Below, in pieces: positions 5,788 through 12,960 of a stretch of 12,960 nt of DNA (within the stretch, counting starts at the first letter, position 1; each line of letters opens with the position of its first letter). The notes below the pieces were generated by a model. It was given only the letters and a program-made list of their open reading frames with translations, was not told the DNA's origin and made no database searches. The stretch comes from Methanothrix sp. (GTDB lineage Archaea; Halobacteriota; Methanosarcinia; Methanotrichales; Methanotrichaceae), in NCBI GenBank assembly GCA_037128175.1, contig JBAXWY010000060.1:1-12960 (forward strand), given 5' to 3'. A program made the position numbers and the translations under genes.

Positions 5788-6693
5788 ATGATTATTGAAA
5801 AAAGAACCCCACCTGTTGCAAAACCTTTCACGATACGAATCTTTTGTCCGGACGGAAGCCCCAGTGGCCTCCGCATAATAGAAAAGTCTAATTGGTCTGG
5901 ACGATGCCTGGTATGTCCGAAGTCTTTGCTTCCAGAGATCAAGAATAACCCCGATTATAAATCAATGTTTGACTCCCCTGGAGTCTATGTCCTTGTTGGG
6001 GGGTCAGAAGAGGAGGAATTACCAAGAATTTATGTAGGAGAAGGTGATCCAGTTGGTCCTCGCTTGGATAAGCATTACGTAGAAAAGGATTTCTGGACGT
6101 GGTTCGCTTTTTTTATCGCTGCCGATGGAAGTCTGAATAAGTCGGATATTCAGCATTTTGAAGCAAAACTGGTAGCACTTGCAAATGATGCCCAGAAGAT
6201 GAGTTTGGATAATGATAATGTGCCGCAGTTTCCAAATCTATCTCTCGCCGATAGGGCAGAGGCGGATGGCTTTCTTTCTGAGATGCTGAGCATATTTCCG
6301 CTGATAGGTTTGAATGCTTTCGAAAAAGAAAAAATATCAAGAGATACTTTGCTACATATAGATTCCTGTAAAATTAATGCAAACGGATACGAGACGCAAG
6401 ACGGCTTCCTGGTTCTAGAAGGTTCCATGGCGGTTCTTTCTGGTGCACCTGGCATCTCAAAATCCCTTCATAAATTGCGAAAAGAACTCGTTGAAAAAGG
6501 GGTCATGACTGCAAAAGGAGACCACATGGAGTTTGTTCAAGATTACATTTTCCGTACCCCAGCGACTGCCGCAGGTACAATATTGGGTCATCCTGCCGCC
6601 AAATCGTTTTGGATGGATGAAAATGGGATGACCCTAAAAGAGCTTCAAGAAAAACGAATTGAAAATACGAGCAACGATCCCATAGACACATAG
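5788..6693 (+). CDS. GIY-YIG nuclease family protein with C-terminal DUF4357 domain
   Basis: N-terminal IRIFCPDGSPSGLRIIEKSNWSG, the PGVYVLVG...IYVGEG...RLDKH...KDFW...FE GIY-YIG core, and C-terminal GFLVLEGSMA...FVQDYIFRTPATAAGTILG...WMDENGMTLKE, typical of DUF4357. Confidence 0.88.
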   Translation: MIIEKRTPPVAKPFTIRIFCPDGSPSGLRIIEKSNWSGRCLVCPKSLLPEIKNNPDYKSMFDSPGVYVLVGGSEEEELPRIYVGEGDPVGPRLDKHYVEKDFWTWFAFFIAADGSLNKSDIQHFEAKLVALANDAQKMSLDNDNVPQFPNLSLADRAEADGFLSEMLSIFPLIGLNAFEKEKISRDTLLHIDSCKINANGYETQDGFLVLEGSMAVLSGAPGISKSLHKLRKELVEKGVMTAKGDHMEFVQDYIFRTPATAAGTILGHPAAKSFWMDENGMTLKELQEKRIENTSNDPIDT

Positions 6694-6832
6694 AAATACG
6701 GCTTCGACATCTATATTAGAGTTCCAGAATACGCCCGACAAGGCACATTTTTTAAAAAATAATAGTCAAATCAAAACGAATAAGAATTTATGTGAGGCCG
6801 GAAGATAGAATGAAGGCCAGGGAGGCATTGAG

Positions 6833-7366
6833 ATGAACCAGGATTCTAATCACAAGGAGAGCATTTTCAGAGCAGCGGGGCTAATTGGCTACCTGGTAAA
6901 ACGGCTGAATGAGGATTCCCCAGATAAGCAGATCGGAAAGACGATAGTCCAGAAGATGATGTATCTGCTCTCCCGAAAAAATATCGCCCGATTTGATTTC
7001 TCGATGTACCATTACGGCCCGTATTCTTCAGAATTATCGGGAGAGATGAGCTTTGCCGAGAGAAACGGCATCATAAAAGTAGCCTGGAAAGATAATGAAG
7101 GCTATTTTATAAGATCAAGTGAGAGCGCGGAGCAGTTCTTTGCCCTTCTTGACGACGAAAAGCGGCAAGCAGTAGACGACTTTGTAAGGCAGTTTGGCAA
7201 ATTCAATGCCACCGATCTCTCCTTGGTCGCAACCGCCCTTTACCTCAAAGATAATTTTGGAGTTGAGGACAGCAGACTTCCTGAGGCGGTCCATAACGCC
7301 AAGAAAAAATACAGCACTGAATATATCGAGAAAATATTGAAATCCGGTGGAATCCTGCAAAATTAA
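6833..7366 (+). CDS. YwgA/SocA(GepA, DUF4065)-like protein
   Basis: Motif GKTIVQKMMYLL...FDFSMYHYGPYSSEL, and later DLSLVATALYL. The QK-x-x-Y...YGP-(Y/V) signature is typical of this superfamily. GGAGG RBS at 6821-6825. Confidence 0.7.
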   Translation: MNQDSNHKESIFRAAGLIGYLVKRLNEDSPDKQIGKTIVQKMMYLLSRKNIARFDFSMYHYGPYSSELSGEMSFAERNGIIKVAWKDNEGYFIRSSESAEQFFALLDDEKRQAVDDFVRQFGKFNATDLSLVATALYLKDNFGVEDSRLPEAVHNAKKKYSTEYIEKILKSGGILQN

Positions 7367-7368
7367 GA

Positions 7369-7407
7369 TTAAATGACGAGCCCGCCGACGGTTGCCACCG
7401 AGCCTGC
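7369..7407 (+). repeat. 39-bp dispersed direct repeat, copy 1
   Basis: ttaaatgacgagcccgccgacggttgccaccgagcctgc is 33/39 ungapped identical to 9341-9379. Confidence 0.8.
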
Positions 7408-7599
7408 TGGGCAGAAGCAGACAAAGCGCTGGAATTCCTTACCGCGTCCTTTTACAGTAGCCCGTTGCACCGCCAGATGCCGGGCCCCGAGTTGCTTGGC
7501 CGCACAGCCTGATGTCACGTATCGAGCATGGCGAGAACTGCAGATCGAGCCTAATTGAGATGCCGAAAAAAGGATGGTCTCTATGGGTTTCCACATACT

Positions 7600-7639
7600 A
7601 AAAAGAGCTGGAGTATGCCTAAATACCCCAGTTCTTTTT
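7600..7639 (-). terminator. Hairpin with T-tracts, possibly bidirectional terminator
   Basis: Arms 7600-7616 (aaaaagagctggagtat) and 7623-7639 (ataccccagttcttttt) are 15/17 complementary with A5/T5 ends. It lies immediately after the stop of 7642..9126 and between convergent genes. Confidence 0.6.
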
Positions 7640-7641
7640 CC

Positions 7642-9126
7642 CTACATTTTTGGATCAAACTTTATGGCTCTATCGTACACCATCTCAGAGCTGGATGGCC
7701 CGGTCTTTGTAGCTTTTTCAAGGTAGCTCCTCCAGGCAATCATGAGCGGCTGATCCAGGGCTATGCCGTAAGCTCCCGGCCCGGTGGGAACCGCAAAGCA
7801 GTGAGGATCGCCATTGCAATTCCTGGCAATCTTGTAGGCATAGAGGTATTTCGCATTGGGATTATCGGGGAGATATTCCTCTGCTGTTCCGTTGAAAACA
7901 GGATCTTCGATTGCCCCAACTCCATTCCACACATCTGCTCCGTAAACCGCGAAGTTCGAGTAGGCGGCCTTCCCTGTTGCTACATGGTTAACCCCATAGA
8001 CGATTATGAATTCGTCAGCACCGTCGCCCAAAGTGACTGCCGGATTTCGCAGGAAATCGTAGTAATGCGTGAGATCGGGGAATGGAGGTGTCTGCGAAGA
8101 GACAGTTTGGTTTGCTGACCATAGATAGAATGCATCGTTATTAGGGCCTACAGCATCTATTCCTCTCTGAATAGCATCGCTTCCCATTGGGACTGCAATA
8201 CTGGTTGGAAGCTCTGTAGCATTCGATCCGTTGTATTTGTCTAGAATTGCCGTCCTTAGATCTTCGAGATCATCCATAAGATCAAGCTCTGTTGTTCCCG
8301 TTCCCCGTAATCTTAGCTCTGGATAATCATATGGATCCAGCTTTGCAGATTCGTTGGGAGTTATTCGGAAGACTGTCGCAGGTGTATTATTGAGGTAGTC
8401 ATTGCCAGCTTGTTTATCTTTGTACAGGGCTGGACGAATCAAAATTACGAAGTTATCAGAGCTATCCTCCAAGCTCATATTCAGCATGGTTGAGGGAAAC
8501 ACCTGAGTGTTAAATATCTCGTTCGAATACCCTGCCCCAATAGCTGCAGCCTGGATGCGTTGATCAATGCCTCTGTCAGCCGTCGCGACTATAACCGTGG
8601 TTTGATTGAAGGGATTTCCGGCCGTTCCATTGGGCGTTCCTTCTGTATTGATGACTAAGTTGTTAACCGTGTCAGCTAAGTTGGCAAAGATCCACCGAGG
8701 CTCATTTCCATATGTCCTGGACAGCAAGTAATGATCGAAACTGAAGTATCTGCACTCCGGTGGTGTTCTTCCTATGAAAACAATTGCTTCATCAGGACCA
8801 AGTGTCCAAAAAGCAGATGTGTCCTGGCCCATTCCAAGCGCTTTGGTTATTCTGGAAAATAGCTCAGGTACTATGCGGCCAGGTGCGGGGGGAACAAAAT
8901 ATGTTAAGTATTTTGTGCTTGGATTGTTTCCATATGCAGAAGGCAATACTCCGGTATCATATAACTTGATTATATCCAGATAACCTATCCTGCCTTGTTG
9001 AACTGTGAATCCATCCTGTTCTAAGGTTTGCTTAAAAGCCTCCACGTCACCTATGTTCACATTTTCTGCGAGTGCCGCTCCTATTGACATAGCGAACACG
9101 AATAGTAATAATATATACGTTTTCAT
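7642..9126 (-). CDS. Secreted hypothetical protein, 494 aa
   Basis: Long ORF with signal peptide MKTYILLLFVFAMSIGAALA, GAGGG upstream of the ATG and many N-x-S/T sequons. No confident family assignment. Confidence 0.85.
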   Translation of the reverse strand: MKTYILLLFVFAMSIGAALAENVNIGDVEAFKQTLEQDGFTVQQGRIGYLDIIKLYDTGVLPSAYGNNPSTKYLTYFVPPAPGRIVPELFSRITKALGMGQDTSAFWTLGPDEAIVFIGRTPPECRYFSFDHYLLSRTYGNEPRWIFANLADTVNNLVINTEGTPNGTAGNPFNQTTVIVATADRGIDQRIQAAAIGAGYSNEIFNTQVFPSTMLNMSLEDSSDNFVILIRPALYKDKQAGNDYLNNTPATVFRITPNESAKLDPYDYPELRLRGTGTTELDLMDDLEDLRTAILDKYNGSNATELPTSIAVPMGSDAIQRGIDAVGPNNDAFYLWSANQTVSSQTPPFPDLTHYYDFLRNPAVTLGDGADEFIIVYGVNHVATGKAAYSNFAVYGADVWNGVGAIEDPVFNGTAEEYLPDNPNAKYLYAYKIARNCNGDPHCFAVPTGPGAYGIALDQPLMIAWRSYLEKATKTGPSSSEMVYDRAIKFDPKM

Positions 9127-9340
9127 ATAATATGACCCTCCTTACAACTAATTATCATCAATATCTATTAAGACTTTGGATTTATAGTCAAAGAAGTAAG
9201 GAACATGGTAATTCGGCTTCAGCTATGGCAGTATTAGATCTAATCCCTGAGATTTTTAGAACGCGATCAATGATACAATCCCAGATCCTTATGGGCTGGT
9301 TACGGGACGAAGATCGAACTGCATTGCGGTTTGATCAGAG

Positions 9341-9379
9341 TTAAATGGCAGGCACGCCAACGGTTGCCAACGAGCCTGC
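9341..9379 (+). repeat. 39-bp dispersed direct repeat, copy 2
   Basis: ttaaatggcaggcacgccaacggttgccaacgagcctgc matches 7369-7407. Confidence 0.8.
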
Positions 9380-9629
9380 ATGCCAGTTAATCCCGAAGCG
9401 TTCTCCTCCCCATATACCTGTAAGCGATAGTTACCCGCGGTGGGTCTGCACCCTTTCGGGCTGTGGAATGCACTGCAAGATATTGATTTAATTTTTAAAC
9501 GTATTCGCCTTTATATGTAGTAATTCGAGTATCCTATAAGTAATTTGTGTATAAGAAAATATGTTTACTCGATATATAGCGATGTACTTGCAGAAACTAA
9601 ATAAAAATAACTACCGAATAATTTTGGTT

Positions 9630-9790
9630 TCATTGCGGGAACACAAAAGCAACCTCACCCCAAGCCTCCCCCAGCAGCCTCTCATAATACTCAGCATCAA
9701 GATCCGAGGCATCCCTTTCAGTATTTACTTCCCACTTTTTGGCATCCTTCACCACATATCCTTTCTCCATTCCCGGAGCCAACTGCAACC
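9630..9790 (-). pseudogene. C-terminal remnant of a family B DNA polymerase
   Basis: LAPGMEKGYVVKDAKKWEVNTERDASDLDAEYYERLLGEAWGEVAFVF resembles the PolB thumb C-terminus (PG-x-x-I-x-YVV...D-x-x-YY-x-x-LL). The rest of the gene is absent. Recognised from memory of archaeal PolB ends. Confidence 0.65.
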
Positions 9791-9851
9791 TTGTATCTGA
9801 TCGGTATTCACAGCCTAAGCCTCTTCCCATTTCCCGTCTCCACTTGATTAT

Positions 9852-9866
9852 GGAGAAATTTAAATA
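9852..9866 (+). promoter_or_regulatory. Putative BRE and TATA box of the Cache-domain gene
   Basis: Purine-rich ggagaaa followed by TTTAAATA (9859-9866), about 50 bp upstream of the inferred start. GGAGG at 9903-9907. Confidence 0.55.
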
Positions 9867-9914
9867 GAATAAGTCAGCAACTTAAGTGCAGAAACCAATA
9901 ATGGAGGACTACAT

Positions 9915-10826
9915 ACGAGAAATATTGAAATTATTTTAGTAATAGCCTCTGTCGTTGCTCTTTTGGCAGTATCTTCAGTTGGCTGCGCTGCGACCACAGA
10001 TGTAAACGAAAGTTATGTATATATATTAGAACCGCAAGCAAGCGAAGATTTAATCGCCTTTGTGAATGAAGCCAGAGACTTCGTTATAGAGCAAGGCAAA
10101 GATGAAGCCATTGAAGTATTCAATGATCCCAATGGAGAGTTTGTAAGAGGAGAACTCTACATAATTGCTTATGACTTCAATGGAATCCGTTTGGCGCACC
10201 CGTATCGACCTGAAGGGATAGGCGAGAATGCACTCAATGTGACCGATTCCAATGGAGTTGCCGACGTTAGTAACATGCGAGAGGTGGCTAAGAGGGGAAG
10301 CGGATTCGCATACTACGTCTGGGCTAATCCTGCTCATTCTGATGCAGAGGAGCTTAAGATAACCTATGTTCGCAAGGTAGACGAAGAAATGTGGTTAGCA
10401 GCAGGAACTTATCTGAACGTGCAGACTCCCATCTTCAGTAACGAGTCCAGAGAGGATCTTGTAGCCTTTGTGAAGGGGGCAAAAAATTTCGCTTTAAATA
10501 CTACCAAAGATGAAGCTCTCAAAGCCTTCAATGACATAAATGGGAGTTATGTCGAAGGAAACCGCTACATTTTCGCCTATGACTTCGCGGGTAATTGCTT
10601 GGCACTTCCTATTCAGTCAGAATTATTAGGGGAAAACAGAATTAATATTACAGATTCCAACGGCGCTGAATACATCCGAGATATGATCGCTTTGGCTCAA
10701 AATGGAGGTGCGTTCATTTACTATATAAAGCCAGACCCTGCAAAGAACATGACACAAGGATTCAAGTTAAGCTATGTCACGAAAGTAGATGATACATGGT
10801 GGCTGGGATCTGGAATCTACGCTTAG
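9915..10826 (+). CDS. Secreted tandem Cache-domain (Cache_2-type) protein; start uncertain (ACG 9915 or TTG 9963)
   Basis: Two homologous units: EDL(I/V)AFV...KDEA...FND-x-NG...YI-x-AYDF-x-G-x-x-LA-x-P...GEN...TDSNG...G...YY...P...K-x-x-YV-x-KVD-x-x-x-WL-x-x-G-x-Y. The frame is open upstream of 9963 and encodes a signal-like hydrophobic stretch from 9915. Confidence 0.85.
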   Translation, partial: TRNIEIILVIASVVALLAVSSVGCAATTDVNESYVYILEPQASEDLIAFVNEARDFVIEQGKDEAIEVFNDPNGEFVRGELYIIAYDFNGIRLAHPYRPEGIGENALNVTDSNGVADVSNMREVAKRGSGFAYYVWANPAHSDAEELKITYVRKVDEEMWLAAGTYLNVQTPIFSNESREDLVAFVKGAKNFALNTTKDEALKAFNDINGSYVEGNRYIFAYDFAGNCLALPIQSELLGENRINITDSNGAEYIRDMIALAQNGGAFIYYIKPDPAKNMTQGFKLSYVTKVDDTWWLGSGIYA

Positions 10827-11168
10827 TGAATGATGGAGGAATATAACCAAAACCAAAGAGACAAAAATGAACTGTATCCTACCTTTAGCAATTAGGCTAC
10901 CATCTTTTTTGCCACCCAGCACTTAACCTGAATCCTGTTACTGACCATTATATCCTGCATTGCCCGAACATTATGGGTCATATCGGTCGTTTCTCCTATT
11001 AATATATTGTCAAAATTATCTTTTTATTACGGTTAATAGTAAGAACAACCCATATAGCCCATATATCTTCCGGTATCCATTTGCTCGCAGCATATCCGAT
11101 CTCCATGCTCGAAGCCTCCACAAACCTATCGAAGGGCTTTTAACCGCAGCCTGTTAATCGTGGAACTT

Positions 11169-11594
11169 ATGGGGATCAGTATCAAGCATACGATTTTGTT
11201 TCTGGTTGTGATATCATCCTTCTTCATCCATCTTCCTCAGGCAAAAGGAGGTTGTGCAGGAAGTTGTGCAGTCTCCGGCGGCGGAGGTTCTTCGTCCAGC
11301 TTCATGGGCGACCCGGCAGTCAACATCGACATGTTCAGCTTTGATGAGTTTGTCAGGGACAATCTTGGCGGCAACCCTCAAACTACATCACAAGATAAGC
11401 CATTCAGCACCAATTCATCCCGCAATGAAACCAACAATAACAATACAAGTCAGAACAACTCCGTGGTCAGTCCTGTAATCAATAGCATGGAAAACACAAC
11501 ATCCGATATTAAGACGATTAAATTGGGTGCTTCAGGAATGCAGGACAAGAGACTGTCAACTCTAGTGCACCATAACATTAATTTTGCAACTTAA
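11169..11594 (+). CDS. Secreted hypothetical protein whose 3' end is replaced by IS630 sequence
   Basis: Signal-like MGISIKHTILFLVVISSFFIHLPQAKG, a CxxxC/Gly-Ser stretch and an Asn-rich linker with several sequons. The last 9 codons lie inside the IS, and the original tail is at 12749-12778. GTG 11160 is an alternative start. Confidence 0.7.
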   Translation: MGISIKHTILFLVVISSFFIHLPQAKGGCAGSCAVSGGGGSSSSFMGDPAVNIDMFSFDEFVRDNLGGNPQTTSQDKPFSTNSSRNETNNNNTSQNNSVVSPVINSMENTTSDIKTIKLGASGMQDKRLSTLVHHNINFAT

Positions 11595-12288
11595 TATAGT
11601 GCCTGTTCAGCTTTGACCTTGCATCGTTTTTTGTGAATTTCCATTTTATGGTAGCTTTTTTTACGTTACGTTCTTGCGCCCACACCGACGTCTCCTTGGT
11701 TAGAGTATCGATGTCGCCAATCCGCCGATCAAGACATTGCTTTGATAAGGCTGAGAGTTCTATCTCAGCCATATTGAGCCAGCTCCCTTTCTTTGGGGTA
11801 TAATAATATTCGAACATTTTAGCCAGATCAAATGCCTCTTCCGGCGCAAATGCGTTATAGAATGAAGCCGAAGTATGCGTGTTGAGATTGTCTTGGACCA
11901 GTCGTATGGATTCTGCATCAGGATATTGCTGGACAAGCTCTTTCATAAAATGAGCATAATCCACTCTTGTTCTGTGTTCCATGACGCGAAGCAACCTTTT
12001 TCCTTCATGCGGCTCAATAGCAACAAGTACGCAACATGTACCATTGCGAACATATTCATAATGCTCCTTCTTCAGACTGCCAGGTTTCATAGGTACAGGC
12101 ACTAAGACATCGCCGATCAGTTGGCAAGGCCTCTCGTCGAAACAGACCATCGGATGCCTTGGATCATGTGGCTGCTCATATAGAGTCAATACATTTTCCA
12201 TGTTCCAGATATATTCGCTTGTCATGCTCCCTATGCACCATCGCTGTTTGAGCCATGGCTTTATCTCATTTTTTTTAATGCTCTGCAA
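11578..12288 (-). CDS. IS630 transposase, C-terminal DDE part (reached by -1 frameshift)
   Basis: VCFDERP, LVQDNLNTH and YTPKKGSWLNMAEIE give the D-D-E triad typical of IS630. It overlaps the upstream ORF at an A8 run. Confidence 0.92.
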   Translation of the reverse strand: MQSIKKNEIKPWLKQRWCIGSMTSEYIWNMENVLTLYEQPHDPRHPMVCFDERPCQLIGDVLVPVPMKPGSLKKEHYEYVRNGTCCVLVAIEPHEGKRLLRVMEHRTRVDYAHFMKELVQQYPDAESIRLVQDNLNTHTSASFYNAFAPEEAFDLAKMFEYYYTPKKGSWLNMAEIELSALSKQCLDRRIGDIDTLTKETSVWAQERNVKKATIKWKFTKNDARSKLNRHYIKLQN

Positions 12289-12695
12289 ACGCTCATTCCT
12301 GAGATCGAGTCAACTTCCCCCAGTTCAACAAGCTTGTCGGCCAATAAATTCATCGTCCATCTCGATCTTCCTTCCGGCGGATTTGAGCAAGCAATGCCAG
12401 TCAGTTTAGCTTCAACTCGCGCATCTATTTTTGTAGGTGCGCCACTGCGCGGTTTTTCATTCAATGCTGATCCCAGACCACCCTCGCAGTATCTCTTTCT
12501 TACCCTCACGGTCGTCGTTCTGCTCACCTTCAAGGCATTTCCGATCTCAGCATCGGATTGACCTTCGTCGGCTAGGAGCAGTATTCTTGCACGAGTCAAG
12601 CTTCTTGCGGACGATTCTCCATAACGGATGTACCTATTCAGCCCTTCTCGTTCTTCCTCGTTCAATTTCACACAGAACACTGTTCTTCTTGCCAT
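12261..12695 (-). CDS. IS630 transposase, N-terminal HTH part
   Basis: RARILLLADEG...EIGNALKVSRTTTVRVRKRY...GLGSALNEKPRSGAP...PPEGRSRWTMNLLA are typical IS630 N-terminal HTH motifs. Confidence 0.92.
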   Translation of the reverse strand: MARRTVFCVKLNEEEREGLNRYIRYGESSARSLTRARILLLADEGQSDAEIGNALKVSRTTTVRVRKRYCEGGLGSALNEKPRSGAPTKIDARVEAKLTGIACSNPPEGRSRWTMNLLADKLVELGEVDSISGMSVCRALKKMR

Positions 12696-12960
12696 AATCT
12701 ATATTCTAGACATTTTATAAGATTTAAGACTTTCGTTATGGTGCACTAGTCTTTAATGCATTCAATAACAAGTTCTAGGCTGAATCCTAATGAAACTGGA
12801 TGATGGCTTTTTGAGCCATTCAATCCACCTTATGAGGAGATTTATCTTCGATCATTTCACTTTAGTTTTACGCTTGCTTCAGATGATTCAATAATAATTT
12901 GCACAGGTTCAATCTTTATGTTAGATGTTGCGATAGCTGTACCACCTGGCACGGTATTAA

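Larger units (their letters stand above)
11565..12746 (-). mobile_element. IS630-family insertion sequence (about 1.18 kb), apparently complete
   Basis: Terminal inverted repeats (c-TA)gtgcaccataac at 11562-11576 and gttatggtgcac(TA-g) at 12735-12749. TA is duplicated at 11563-11564 and 12747-12748 within a CTAG target. It encloses the HTH and DDE ORFs. Confidence 0.95.

Noticed and set aside
5609-5791. 60-aa ORF whose stop overlaps the GIY-YIG start (ATGA)
   Set aside because: The coupling is suggestive of a remnant, but there is no recognisable family and no clear RBS, so it was not called.
7369-8118. ORFs 7369..7596, 7373..7558 and 7555..8118
   Set aside because: They span the GC-rich repeat tract and terminator or lie antisense to the 494-aa gene.
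9380-9480. GC-rich tract as a tRNA or structured ncRNA
   Set aside because: I could not build a cloverleaf or find a T-loop GTTCRA motif. An Infernal/Rfam search would be needed to exclude other RNAs.
11875-12697. Plus-strand ORFs inside the IS (11875..12105, 12200..12409, 12334..12561, 12437..12697)
   Set aside because: They are antisense shadows of the transposase with no passenger-gene features.

Overview
Accessory or plasticity region of a methanogenic archaeon. The gene families and archaeal TATA-like promoters point to Methanothrix/Methanosarcinales, which is an inference. It holds several secreted hypothetical proteins, a DUF2582 winged-helix protein, an acylphosphatase with a 14-aa-repeat coiled-coil tail, two back-to-back type II TA modules (hicBA and antitoxin-PemK/MazF), a DUF1638 gene, a GIY-YIG/DUF4357 nuclease, a YwgA/SocA-like protein, a tandem Cache-domain protein, a PolB C-terminal remnant and a complete IS630 element inserted in the last codons of a secreted-protein gene. 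The most striking feature is not in the ORF track. The GC-rich intergenic stretches are degenerate direct-repeat copies of one another and of the DUF1638 locus, and AT-richer cargo genes sit between or inside these copies. This gives a cassette-array-like architecture with no integrase in the window. All alignments were done by eye and family calls come from motif recognition, not database searches.
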